The notes beneath the pieces are model-generated. The model was not told where the DNA came from. It searched no databases and saw only the letters and a program-made list of their open reading frames with translations. Position numbers and translations under genes: made by a program. A stretch of 32,000 bases of DNA from an uncultured Chloroflexia bacterium (lineage in GTDB: Bacteria; Chloroflexota; Anaerolineae; Anaerolineales; Anaerolineaceae). The stretch's first letter is position 1; every line of letters begins with the position of its first letter. Where the stretch lies: NCBI GenBank assembly GCA_963704755.1, contig OY969938.1, forward strand, positions 2,820,001 through 2,852,000. The letters are read 5' to 3'. Positions 8,098-17,193 of this stretch are shown one piece after another.

Positions 8098-8126
8098 GCG
8101 GGAGGCGTCTCGAAGGCGCCCCCCGC
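8098..8126 (+). terminator. GC-rich hairpin after flagellin-4, no U-tract (attenuator or 3'-end stabiliser?)
   Basis: GCGGGAGGCGT-ctcgaag-GCGCCCCCCGC, homologous to the hairpins after paralogs 1 and 3. Followed by CCACTGCTC. Confidence 0.35.
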
Positions 8127-8176
8127 CCACTGCTCTAAAGGCAGACCGTCAAGGCGGATGAAAGGTTCAGAAAAAC

Positions 8177-9911
8177 ATGACTACTCAATCAGTTAGTAAT
8201 GGCGGCGCGCTCGATTCGACCTATGTTAACCTGATTAATTCGATCATGGCTTCTGAACAACAGCCTTTGAATCGTTTGACCTCGCAGCGCGACACCATCA
8301 CCGTCCAAAAAGGGGTCTTTACCGACCTGAGTACCATGCTGACCTCCTTTCAGGGGTCGACGACGGCCTTGATCAGCACGAACGCAAATTACGCGCTGCA
8401 GTCCGGCCGCAACAGCACAATTACTCCGGCGACGAGCGGGACCACCGTCTTGAGCGCCTCCGTCGGAACCAATGCCGTGCCGGGCGAGTATGACATTTCG
8501 GTTACTTCACTGGCTAAAGCCCACCGGGTTCGTTCCGATTCGGTTGAATATATCAACCAGCCTCTGAATATGACCGGCTCGTTCGTGATCGGCGGGGCGG
8601 CCGACCACAGCTATACGGTCGAACTCGACCAACAGCGGTGTGACCGACTTTGGCATGGGCAATGTTGACTCCACTCAGACCGAATTGGCCAGCGATAATT
8701 ATTACGTGGAAACCCGCCTGAACGGCTCCCAATGGCAATTCCGCCTGGTCAACCAGGATGGAGAAGCGGTCAGCATACAGAACCAAAAAAACAGTTCTGA
8801 TTTCACCGATACCTGGCAGAACGTCCCAACCGGTGGTGGCAGCATCGATACCGGCCGCGGCCTGACCTTCCAACTGGGTTCCGACACGTCCAGTTACACC
8901 GTTACCAGCCGCCAGAGCGGCGCCGCAAAAGTAGAATATGCCGCTAAAGGCGCCACCATCAACGTGGACGCCAATGACACCCTGATCGATATTGCCTACA
9001 GCATCAACCACGCCAAATACGCCGACGGCAACGAAGTAACCGCCACCATCGTGGACAACCAACTGATCTTGTCTAACGCGCGCTCCGGAGCAGGTCACCT
9101 GATGCAGGTCAGCGACCTCAGTGGGGGCACGATCCTCAACCAGTTGGGCATTTTGAATGGGTCGTCTTTCAAAAATGTGATGCAGACCCCCACCAGCGCC
9201 GTATTTACGGTCAATGGCCTGCCGGTGACCCGCTCGCAAAATTCCGGCCTGACCGATGTTATCCAGGGGGTAACCCTGAACCTGGCCAGCGATGCCGAGG
9301 GCAAAACGGCTTCGATTGCCGTGACGGCCGATTCGGCCAAAGAGCAAAGCACGATCAAGAGTTTCATCGACCAGTTCAACTCACTGCAAACCTACCTCAA
9401 GGCCAAGACATCGACGACCAAGAATAACGATGGAACTTATTCCCGCGGCGCATTGGCCGGGGATACGATGTTTTACAACCTGCGGATGGATCTTTTGCGC
9501 TCTATTAATGGTGATGCCACCAACGATGGCACCTTAAAGAACTTGAGCGAGATTGGTATCACCATTGCAGACGACATGACCATCAGCATCAGCGACAGTG
9601 AAAAGTTGTCTGCGGCCCTGGAGACCAACAAAGATAACGTCACCGACTTGCTGAATGCGGTTATGGGGAAGATCAATAACCGGGTAAGCCAGTTCACCGG
9701 CACGTCCGGCTATGTAACCATGACCAGTAAATCGCTGGACACCCAACTTAAAAGCACGAATGATCAGATCGATTCGGAAAATACCCGGCTGGATGCTCGC
9801 CAGTCCGCGCTGTACCAACAGTACGGAGAGCTTCAAAACCAGATCCTCATGATGACCTACACTCAGCAACAGCTCAGCGCGATGTACGGCAGCCTCAGCA
9901 CATCCGGATGA
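8177..9911 (+). pseudogene. fliD: Filament cap protein FliD (HAP2), split by a frameshift (or assembly indel)
   Basis: ORF 8177-8668 has a FliD N-terminus (LINSIMASEQQPLNRLTSQRDTITVQKGVFTDLSTML). ORF 8640-9911, in the next frame, has a FliD core and C-terminus (VFTVNGLPVTRSQNSGLTDVIQGVTLNL...LDARQSALYQQYGELQ). Total length is 1735 nt (3n+1). The shift must lie in 8589-8668. Confidence 0.8.
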
Positions 9912-10030
9912 TCGAAAAATGGAAGTAACGGACATGCTTTGTGCCCGCTTACCATTCAGCGCAAGGAAGGCGCTTTTTCCAGGTAAGTGGGTATGTGGAA
10001 CCTCTTGCAAGGAGGCAGGGAGGCTTTGAA

Positions 10031-10345
10031 ATGAATAATCAATCCATTTCTCAAATCAAAAAAGCGGATTTTGACCCACAATGGTCCAGGGTGGTAAAAG
10101 GGCTTGACCGGGAAACACCAGCGAATGGACCCGGGCAGGCTGAAAAAGTTAAGCCGGCTGAGACGAACGCAGCAGTAAATAAAGCGCCCCTTGGGGACGT
10201 TTATTTGCGTTTTGAGGTCAATGATGAGACACGCGACGTCACCATTTATGTGGTCGATCGGGCCTCTAAAAACGTCGTTCGCACCATTCCGCCGGAACAG
10301 GCCAACAAGCTTCGGGCAGGCGATTTACTCCATTTGTTAGCCTGA
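10031..10345 (+). CDS. flaG: FlaG-family flagellar protein
   Basis: C-terminal LRFEVNDETRDVTIYVVDRASKNVVRTIPPEQ matches the FlaG pattern, and the fliD-flaG-fliS order is typical. ATG at 10031 was chosen over the ORF-track start at 9941 because of the AGGAGG/GGGAGG just upstream. Confidence 0.7.
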   Translation: MNNQSISQIKKADFDPQWSRVVKGLDRETPANGPGQAEKVKPAETNAAVNKAPLGDVYLRFEVNDETRDVTIYVVDRASKNVVRTIPPEQANKLRAGDLLHLLA

Positions 10346-10373
10346 TCTTAACGCAAAATTTACGTTAGGAAGC

Positions 10374-10400
10374 TAAAGTTAATGGTAAAGCAGCCGATAT
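10374..10400 (+). promoter_or_regulatory. Sigma-28-type promoter for fliS
   Basis: TAAA (10374-10377), 15-nt spacer, GCCGATAT (10393-10400). This is a perfect match to the SigD/FliA consensus. Confidence 0.65.
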
Positions 10401-10451
10401 TATATATACAGTCACACAGAAAAGCACGCGACCTTTATCGGGAGAGAAACC

Positions 10452-10817
10452 ATGTATCAAGCACTCTACAAAAGCCAGGAATATCGAAACCAAGAAGTTA
10501 TGGGTGCCAGCCCCTTACACCTGGTGATCATGGCTTATGATCTGGCAATCCGCTCATGCGAAGTCAAGGATTTCGAAAAAGCCACCAAGTCCATCACAGT
10601 CCTTCGCGACGCGCTTGATTTTGACTACGCTGAGGTTTCAATGGGGCTGTTCCGGGTCTATCAGTGGAGCCTGGACTGCATCCGCAAGGGTGACTATGCT
10701 ACGGCTGCCGCATCTCTTCGTGAACTGCGCGAGGCCTGGAGAATAACCGAACAAAAACTTAATGCACGCCCGCAGGCAACACCGGCATACGCAACTTCGG
10801 TAATGCATGCCGCTTGA
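10452..10817 (+). CDS. fliS: Flagellin-specific export chaperone FliS
   Basis: 121 aa. YRNQEVMGASPLHLVIMAYDLAIRSC... has the four-helix FliS pattern, and the gene sits after fliD/flaG. Confidence 0.85.
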   Translation: MYQALYKSQEYRNQEVMGASPLHLVIMAYDLAIRSCEVKDFEKATKSITVLRDALDFDYAEVSMGLFRVYQWSLDCIRKGDYATAAASLRELREAWRITEQKLNARPQATPAYATSVMHAA

Positions 10818-10893
10818 TCGAATGCTCTCCGGCTTGCCGCAAGCCGGTTGCAGAACAGAACACAACAACACAATATAGGTTTTCCCGCTGTTG

Positions 10894-10937
10894 ATGCGCC
10901 TGACCTAGGGGGTTTTGGCGCATTTAACATTTTTTTT
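10894..10937 (+). terminator. Hairpin plus T8 run after fliS
   Basis: ATGCGCC (10894-10900) pairs with GGCGCAT (10917-10923), followed by TTAACATTTTTTTT. An additional small hairpin, CCGGCTTG-ccg-CAAGCCGG, lies at 10829-10847. Confidence 0.45.
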
Positions 10938-11007
10938 ATTTCAAGTTCATACGGGATTTACGGGATTCCTCGTGCTGGTATGCTACTATGCCAGGGCGAG
11001 GTGAAAA

Positions 11008-11463
11008 ATGAGCTTTTGGGATACGATTCGAATAGGCGCATCAGGATTACTGGCGCAGCAAACGCGCCTGGATGTTATTTCCAATAATATCGCCAACGCT
11101 CAAACGACCCGGACCGCCGACGGCGGCCCTTATCAGCGCCAGGATGTCGTTTTCTCTGCCAATAACGGCAGTAGCCAGAGCTTCCTGCCGGCCTTTGTGG
11201 CTGCACAACGCGGCGACACAACCGGCGCAGTACAAGGCGGTGTACGTGTTGACCAGATCGTGACCGATACTACCCCGGGCGAACAGGTGTATGACCCGAC
11301 CAACCCGGATGCGAGTACCGACGGTTACGTTACTTATCCCAATGTCAATCCGGTGGTGGAAATGACCAACATGCTTTCCGCCACTCGTTCTTACGAAGCG
11401 AACCTGTCAGTGGTTGAGGCGGCCCGCGATATGGCTCTCAAAGCCCTGGATATCGGGAGTTAG
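11008..11463 (+). CDS. flgC: Proximal rod protein FlgC
   Basis: 151 aa. IGASGLLAQQTRLDVISNNIANAQTTRT... and the C-terminal YPNVNPVVEMTNMLSATRSYEANLSV signature. Confidence 0.9.
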   Translation: MSFWDTIRIGASGLLAQQTRLDVISNNIANAQTTRTADGGPYQRQDVVFSANNGSSQSFLPAFVAAQRGDTTGAVQGGVRVDQIVTDTTPGEQVYDPTNPDASTDGYVTYPNVNPVVEMTNMLSATRSYEANLSVVEAARDMALKALDIGS

Positions 11464-11465
11464 CC

Positions 11466-11768
11466 ATGCAAATTTCCCCGATCTCTACCAGCACCACCGG
11501 TGCCGTTTCTGGTTTGCAGTCCTCACAAAAGACTGCAAGCGATGCGGTTAACCAAATTGGCCAATCTTTTGGTCAGATTGTCGATTCGCTCAACCAGTCA
11601 CAGAACAATGCCGATAGTCTGGTGCAGCAGTTATCGTCCGGTGAAAACGTGGATCTGCACGATGTAACCATCGGGTTGGAAGAAAACGATGTAAATTTCC
11701 GGGTAGCCATGGCCATTCGCGACAAACTGGTAGAGGCTTATCAGGAAGTTATGCGCATGCAGGTCTGA
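11466..11768 (+). CDS. fliE: Hook-basal body complex protein FliE
   Basis: 100 aa. C-terminal DLHDVTIGLEENDVNFRVAMAIRDKLVEAYQEVMRMQV. Position between flgC and fliF. Confidence 0.85.
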   Translation: MQISPISTSTTGAVSGLQSSQKTASDAVNQIGQSFGQIVDSLNQSQNNADSLVQQLSSGENVDLHDVTIGLEENDVNFRVAMAIRDKLVEAYQEVMRMQV

Positions 11769-11792
11769 TTATAGAGCAGTGGAGTACGCCGA

Positions 11793-13478
11793 ATGATCGT
11801 CCCGTTTCAAAAGCAGGTTTCTCAATTCTGGAGTAAACAGAGCGGCTCTCAGCGCATCACGATGATCGTGTTGCTGCTGGCGGCCGCGATCCTGATCCCG
11901 GTGCTCATCTCCTGGGCCACCACACCGTCTTATTCGGTGGCGTACAGCGGCCTGAGCGAGACGGATGCCGGGCAGATCGTCCAGAACCTGGAAGAGGCTG
12001 GGATTCCATACCGGTTGAAGAGCAGCGGCACGATCGAAGTACCTACCAACCAGGTTTACGATGCGCGCTTGAAAATGGCCGTGGCCGGGTTACCCTCCAG
12101 TTCCACGGTGGGTTATGAATTATTCGATGGCAGCACCCTGGGAATGACCGAATTTACCCAGAAGGTGGATTACCAGCGGGCACTGGAAGGTGAACTGGAG
12201 CGGACGATCGGCAGCCTGGATGCGGTTCAGGCGGTGCGGGTCCACATTGTGACCCCCGACAAGAGCCTGTTGACCAGCGATCAAAACCCCACCACCGCAT
12301 CGGTAACTGTTCAGGAAAAAGGCGGCAAGACCCTGGATGCATCCCAGGTGCGCGCCATCACCAACCTGGTAGCTTCCAGCGTCGAGGGTCTGCAGCCTGA
12401 AAATGTGGTGGTTGTGGACAGCCAGGGCAATATGCTGGCCGGCGGCTCGTCGAACTCGGACTCGGCCTCTACCACCCAGAGCGATTCACAGCGAGCAGCC
12501 GAAGCGGCCGCGGCCAGCGATATCCGCAGCCGGGTCCAGTCCATGCTGGATACGATCCTTGGCCCGGATAAGGCCGTTGTGCAGGCTGCGGTGTCCATGA
12601 ATTGGACTCAGAAAGAAACGACCTCGAATACCTATGATCCCACCGCCCAGGTGGTGCGCAGTTCCGACAAGGTATCCGAAAGCTATGGTGGGGATGCCTC
12701 AGCAACAGGCGGCATCCCGGGAGCTTCTTCCAACCTGCCGACCCCCGCGCCAACCACCACGGCCGGGGCGAATTCGACTTCATACCAGCGCAGTGAAGAG
12801 ACCATTAATTACGAAATCAGCCAGGTCCAATCGAAGGAAGTGGTCAGCCCGGGGCAGGTCGACCGGATTTCTGTCTCGGTGATGGTCGATAACATCACGG
12901 ACCAGAATCAGCTCCAGACGATCAAAAATGCTGCCGCTGCCGCAGCGGGCATCGACGAAACCCGCGGTGACCAGATCGTGGTCGATTCGATGGCTTTCGA
13001 CCGTTCGTATTATGAGAGCCAGGCGGCCGATCTGGCGTCCTCGCAAAAAACCAACACCTACACCCAGATTGGGATTGGGGTGGGGGCCGGTCTGCTGCTG
13101 CTGTTCTTGTTGATTTATTTTTCGCGAATGATACGCAAACTGCGGGTTTCTTCGCAGGGTGCCTGGAAACCCGTGATGCTCCCGGTGGGCGAGATGACCA
13201 TGAACCCGGCCCTGGCCGCTTCGGCGACCAATGGCGCGATTGCAGCCGGGTCTACGGCCGGGAATTTGCCCCAGGGCCAACCTGGCCAAAGCCAGTCCGC
13301 CGGAAAGACCGGCGAAGATGGCACGATGGAATTTTCCTCTCGTTTTACACCCTCCGTCAACAGCGCCGAGGATTCTCAGCGGTCCAAGGTCATCAACCGG
13401 TTGGCAGAAGAGAACCCGGCTACGGTCGCCGAAATCATCCAGATCTGGCTGAACGAGGATAACAAGAGCCATGGCTGA
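11793..13478 (+). CDS. fliF: MS-ring protein FliF
   Basis: 561 aa. N-terminal TM segment, YscJ/FliF-like periplasmic domains (GIPYRL...YDARLKMAVAGLPSS), a second TM near residue 430, and a C-terminal FliG-binding tail. Overlaps the fliG start by 8 nt. Confidence 0.9.
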   Translation: MIVPFQKQVSQFWSKQSGSQRITMIVLLLAAAILIPVLISWATTPSYSVAYSGLSETDAGQIVQNLEEAGIPYRLKSSGTIEVPTNQVYDARLKMAVAGLPSSSTVGYELFDGSTLGMTEFTQKVDYQRALEGELERTIGSLDAVQAVRVHIVTPDKSLLTSDQNPTTASVTVQEKGGKTLDASQVRAITNLVASSVEGLQPENVVVVDSQGNMLAGGSSNSDSASTTQSDSQRAAEAAAASDIRSRVQSMLDTILGPDKAVVQAAVSMNWTQKETTSNTYDPTAQVVRSSDKVSESYGGDASATGGIPGASSNLPTPAPTTTAGANSTSYQRSEETINYEISQVQSKEVVSPGQVDRISVSVMVDNITDQNQLQTIKNAAAAAAGIDETRGDQIVVDSMAFDRSYYESQAADLASSQKTNTYTQIGIGVGAGLLLLFLLIYFSRMIRKLRVSSQGAWKPVMLPVGEMTMNPALAASATNGAIAAGSTAGNLPQGQPGQSQSAGKTGEDGTMEFSSRFTPSVNSAEDSQRSKVINRLAEENPATVAEIIQIWLNEDNKSHG

Positions 13479-14490
13479 AAATGGTTACGATCAAATCACA
13501 GGCCTCGACAAAGCCTCGGCCTTGTTATTGGGTTTGGGTGTTGACCTGTCCTCCAAGGTATTGCAGTTCCTGACCGAAGGAGAGATCGAACGGGTGTTGC
13601 TGGCTTTAGGCCAGACCGGGCACATCCCTCCCGAGACCCGCCATATCGCCATGGAAGAGGCGATGGAATTCAGCATGGCCAACTCATCCCTGCACGGTGG
13701 CGGAGTGGAATACAGCCGGCAGCTTCTCTCGCGGGCAGTCGGCCCGCGGCGAGGTGCCGAGATCCTGGAACGCATCTCGGTTCACCAGCAGCTCTCATCT
13801 TTTGAAATGCTGCGGAATGCCAATCCACAGGAAGTAGCCACACTCCTTTCGGAGGAAATGCCCCAGACGATTGCCCTGGTGCTTTCTTACCTGGAAGCCA
13901 AAGTGGCCGCCGACATCCTGACCAGCCTGCCCAAGGAATTACAGATCGAGGTTACCTTGCGCCTGGCCCAGATGGACCGGGTTTCTCCCCAGGTGGTCCA
14001 GGTGGTCGAACGCAACCTGAAGAATAAGCTCTCCAGTGTGATCAGCGAAGTGGATTTCCGCGCAACCGGCGGGGTCGCTTTTCTGGTTAAGATGCTTAAC
14101 CAGGTTGACCGTGGGGTGCAGAAGACGATTTTCGAGGCGCTTGACGCCAGCAATCCCAAGCTGGTCGAAGAGATCCGCGCCAATATGTTCACCTTCGATG
14201 ATTTATCCAAGCTGGACGACCGCGCTATCCAGCGCGTGCTGCGCGACATCAGCAAAAACGACCTGGCTTTGGCCCTCAAGGCCGCCCCCGAAAGATTGAA
14301 AGACAAAATCTTCACCAACCTTTCGGAACGCGCTCGCGAAAACTTGAAAGAGGAAATTGAAATCCTCGGCCCGCAATTGGCCAAAAATGTGTACGCCGCC
14401 CAGCGCAAGATCGTCGATTCGGTGCGCGTATTGGAAGAATCCGGTGAAATTGTGATTGGCGGAGGTGGCGAATATGAAGTCATTAATTAG
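13471..14490 (+). CDS. fliG: Rotor/switch protein FliG
   Basis: 339 aa. Typical FliG repeats (LTGLDKASALLLGLG, EMPQTIALVLSYL, FTFDDLSKLDDRAIQRVLRDI...LALALK). Confidence 0.95.
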   Translation: MAENGYDQITGLDKASALLLGLGVDLSSKVLQFLTEGEIERVLLALGQTGHIPPETRHIAMEEAMEFSMANSSLHGGGVEYSRQLLSRAVGPRRGAEILERISVHQQLSSFEMLRNANPQEVATLLSEEMPQTIALVLSYLEAKVAADILTSLPKELQIEVTLRLAQMDRVSPQVVQVVERNLKNKLSSVISEVDFRATGGVAFLVKMLNQVDRGVQKTIFEALDASNPKLVEEIRANMFTFDDLSKLDDRAIQRVLRDISKNDLALALKAAPERLKDKIFTNLSERARENLKEEIEILGPQLAKNVYAAQRKIVDSVRVLEESGEIVIGGGGEYEVIN

Positions 14491-15373
14491 CGCCGACCAT
14501 TCCGATGACCGCGTCTCGGCCTGGGTCCCCCTGGATTTCGATGGGGAGTCCGCCCAACCCTCCGAAACGTTCGAGAAGTCTGTGGAAGAAATATTTCGGC
14601 CGGATGAAAACACGGTGCTGTGGACCAGTTATGCCCATTCCCGCCTGATCAAATCCGGCCAGCCCCTGTTATTTGATCACTGGAACCCGCGCGATCTGGG
14701 CTCTGTGGCCGTAAACGAGACCGTCGACTGGGACTTGCTGCCCCTCTCGGCCCGAAATAGTTTTGTGTCGCCCGAAAAACTGGACATTGAGCCGCGCGAG
14801 ATCATTAAAGAAGCCCGTTATAAGGCGGATGAAATTATTTTAAAGGCTCGCCAGACTGCCGATCAGGTCATTGCGGAAGCTCAGGGACGGGTGATTGCCA
14901 TCCAGGAAGAGGGTCACGAAAAAGGGTTGGAGCTGGCCCGCCAGGAAGCCGGGCCAATGCTTGCCTCGCTCAATGCGATGGTCGAGCAGGTGGATCACTG
15001 GCAGCAGGCGCTCTTTTCCGAGGCCGAAACATTTGTCGCCAGCATGATCGGCGAAATTGCCCGGACCATGTTCGGCGATGGGGTCGCCCTGGACAGCAAA
15101 GCCTTGCAACTCAGCCTGGAACAGGTACTAGAAAAGAGCCATGCCCTGGGCGATCTGAAGATCTTTCTCAACCCCCTGGATGCGGCCATGTTGGACCCGT
15201 CCTGGCGTGAGAACCAGTCGGTGATCACCGGTAACCGTGTCCAGGTCGTATCGGTGGAAGGGATCACCCGCGGTGGTTGTTTCGTCCAGGGCGCGATGGG
15301 CACCATGGATGCGCGCGTCGAGACCCAACTCGAAGCCATTCTGGATTCGCTCAAGTCGAATGAGGAAAACTGA
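14474..15373 (+). CDS. fliH: Export-ATPase regulator FliH
   Basis: Position between fliG and fliI. Central charged coiled region and a C-terminal FliH/YscL-like domain (GGCFVQGAMGTMDARVETQLEAI). ATG at 14474 follows GGAGGTGG at 14461-14468. The ORF-track start at 14456 is an in-frame alternative. Confidence 0.75.
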   Translation: MKSLISADHSDDRVSAWVPLDFDGESAQPSETFEKSVEEIFRPDENTVLWTSYAHSRLIKSGQPLLFDHWNPRDLGSVAVNETVDWDLLPLSARNSFVSPEKLDIEPREIIKEARYKADEIILKARQTADQVIAEAQGRVIAIQEEGHEKGLELARQEAGPMLASLNAMVEQVDHWQQALFSEAETFVASMIGEIARTMFGDGVALDSKALQLSLEQVLEKSHALGDLKIFLNPLDAAMLDPSWRENQSVITGNRVQVVSVEGITRGGCFVQGAMGTMDARVETQLEAILDSLKSNEEN

Positions 15374-15375
15374 CA

Positions 15376-16716
15376 ATGGACCAGATCCAGCATCTGCCTA
15401 ATTTCAACCGCATGCGCGAGGCCATTTCGTCGGTCAACCCGGTCCGTGTGACCGGCCGGGTGACCCAGGTGGTCGGCCTGACCATTGAGGTGGTGGGGTT
15501 GAACTGCCAGATCGGCGAAGTATGCGAAATCCAGACCGGCGAGCATAACAGCCTGCGCGCCGAGGTGATCGGTTTTCGCAACGACCATATTTTGCTCATG
15601 CCGTTGGGCGTAATGGAAGGTATTCAGCCGGAGAGCATGGTCCGGCCCGTATCCCGAATTTTCAAGGCCCCGGTAGGGATGGCGCTATTAGGCCGGGTGA
15701 TCGACGGATTGGGCCAGCCCATCGACGGCGGCGAGCCGCTCGAAGGGGTCACCTGGAACTTCACCAGCCGCGCGGCGCCCCATCCGCTGGAGCGCAAAGC
15801 GATTTCGGAACCGCTGGTCACCGGTGTGCGCGTGCTGGATGGCATGCTGACCTGCGGCAAGGGCCAGCGTTTGGGTATTTTTGCCGGTTCTGGGGTGGGC
15901 AAAAGCACATTGATGGGTGCAATTGCCCGGAACTCACATAGTGATGTCTCCGTGATCGCCCTGATCGGTGAGCGGGGCCGTGAAGTGCGTGAATTCCTCG
16001 AGCGCGACCTGGGTCCGGAAGGCCTGGCCCGCTCGGTGGTGGTGGTCTCGACTTCGGATCAGCCGGCCCTGGTGCGCCTCAAAGCTGCGTCGGTTGCTAT
16101 GACCATGGCCGAGTACTTCCGCGACAATGGCCTGGATGTGACCTTTTTGATGGATTCGGTCACCCGCTACGCCATGGCCCAGCGTGAGATTGGCCTTTCG
16201 GTAGGCGAGCCGCCGGCCAGTAAGGGGTATCCGCCATCGGTGTTCGCCATGCTGCCACGCCTTCTGGAGCGGGCCGGCTGCAGTGATCGCGGTTCGATCA
16301 CGGGCTATTTCACCGTGCTGGTCGAAGGCGATGACTTCAATGAGCCGATCTGTGACGCCGTCCGCGGTATTTTGGACGGGCACATTATCCTCAGCCGGGC
16401 CCTGGCAGCGCGCAACCATTATCCAGCCATTGACGTGCTCAGCAGCGTCAGCCGGGTGATGCCGGCTTTGACCACGCGCGAACACCTTGCCCTGGCAGCC
16501 ATGGCGCGTAAGCACCTGGCTACTTACGAAAAGGCCCGCGACCTGGTCAATATCGGCGCTTACGTGTCCGGATCGGACCCGGAGATCGACGCGGCACTGA
16601 CGGTGATGCCGGCGCTGAATGCCTTTTTACAGCAGGGTAAAGATGAAGTCTCTTCTTTCGAAGACACACTTCAAATGATGCAAAACCTCGAACAAGCCCA
16701 GACGGTTGCCGCTTAA
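15376..16716 (+). CDS. fliI: Flagellum-specific ATPase FliI
   Basis: 446 aa. Walker A GSGVGKST, Walker B-like VTFLMDSVTRYA, and F1/T3SS-ATPase architecture. Confidence 0.95.
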   Translation: MDQIQHLPNFNRMREAISSVNPVRVTGRVTQVVGLTIEVVGLNCQIGEVCEIQTGEHNSLRAEVIGFRNDHILLMPLGVMEGIQPESMVRPVSRIFKAPVGMALLGRVIDGLGQPIDGGEPLEGVTWNFTSRAAPHPLERKAISEPLVTGVRVLDGMLTCGKGQRLGIFAGSGVGKSTLMGAIARNSHSDVSVIALIGERGREVREFLERDLGPEGLARSVVVVSTSDQPALVRLKAASVAMTMAEYFRDNGLDVTFLMDSVTRYAMAQREIGLSVGEPPASKGYPPSVFAMLPRLLERAGCSDRGSITGYFTVLVEGDDFNEPICDAVRGILDGHIILSRALAARNHYPAIDVLSSVSRVMPALTTREHLALAAMARKHLATYEKARDLVNIGAYVSGSDPEIDAALTVMPALNAFLQQGKDEVSSFEDTLQMMQNLEQAQTVAA

Positions 16717-16734
16717 TCACAGGAAGGATAAATT

Positions 16735-17193
16735 ATGGCACCTCGCTTTAACTTACAAAATGTTTTGGATATCCGCCACAGTAAGGTCGAAGGGCTCGAA
16801 ATCGAGCTGAGCGAGTTGATGGTCAAGCAGTTACGCGCCGAAGAGAACCTGGATATTATGCACCAGCGCCGGACCACATTGATGCTGCGGCTGACCCAAT
16901 CTCAGCAGGGCGAACTGGACCTGGTCAAGATCAAGTTGCTGCACGCCGACCTGCTGCAAACCGGCGAGTTGATCACCCAGGCCGCCGACGCGTTGGCCAA
17001 GGCCACCCAGGCCGCCGACGCCAAACGCAAGGAATTGATCCAGGCGCGCCAGGATGAGGAGACCTTACAGATCCTCAAACGCAAGCGGATCGAACTATAT
17101 AACCAGGAACAGGCTCAAGTAGAAGCCCGGGCTCAGGATGACATCTATATTGCCCAGGCTTTCCGCCAGCGATTGGCGAACCCGGAGGGATAG
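16735..17193 (+). CDS. fliJ: Export chaperone/stalk protein FliJ
   Basis: 152 aa, predicted coiled coil. N-terminal [10 protein letters not shown] and position directly after fliI. Confidence 0.7.
   Translation: MAPRFNLQNVLDIRHSKVEGLEIELSELMVKQLRAEENLDIMHQRRTTLMLRLTQSQQGELDLVKIKLLHADLLQTGELITQAADALAKATQAADAKRKELIQARQDEETLQILKRKRIELYNQEQAQVEARAQDDIYIAQAFRQRLANPEG

Noticed and set aside
8553-9347. 264-aa ORF on the minus strand inside fliD, and similar long antisense ORFs at 12780-13472, 14995-15588, 15934-16515, 18458-19171, 25033-25608 and 29244-29999
   Set aside because: All lie antisense to well-supported genes. They have Arg/Gly/Pro-rich compositions typical of GC-rich antisense frames and contain no recognisable motifs.
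9941-10030. Longer N-terminal extensions offered by the ORF track (flaG from 9941, fliH from 14456, fliK from 18217, flgE from 20608)
   Set aside because: In each case an internal ATG preceded by a GGAGG/GAGGTG-type SD at 5-9 nt gives an N-terminus that fits the family. The upstream starts lack an SD or begin in the previous gene's tail. They are kept as alternatives only.
10848-11087. 79-aa ORF spanning the fliS-flgC intergenic region into flgC
   Set aside because: It overlaps the well-supported flgC start in another frame, runs through a terminator-like hairpin and the putative promoter, and has no RBS.
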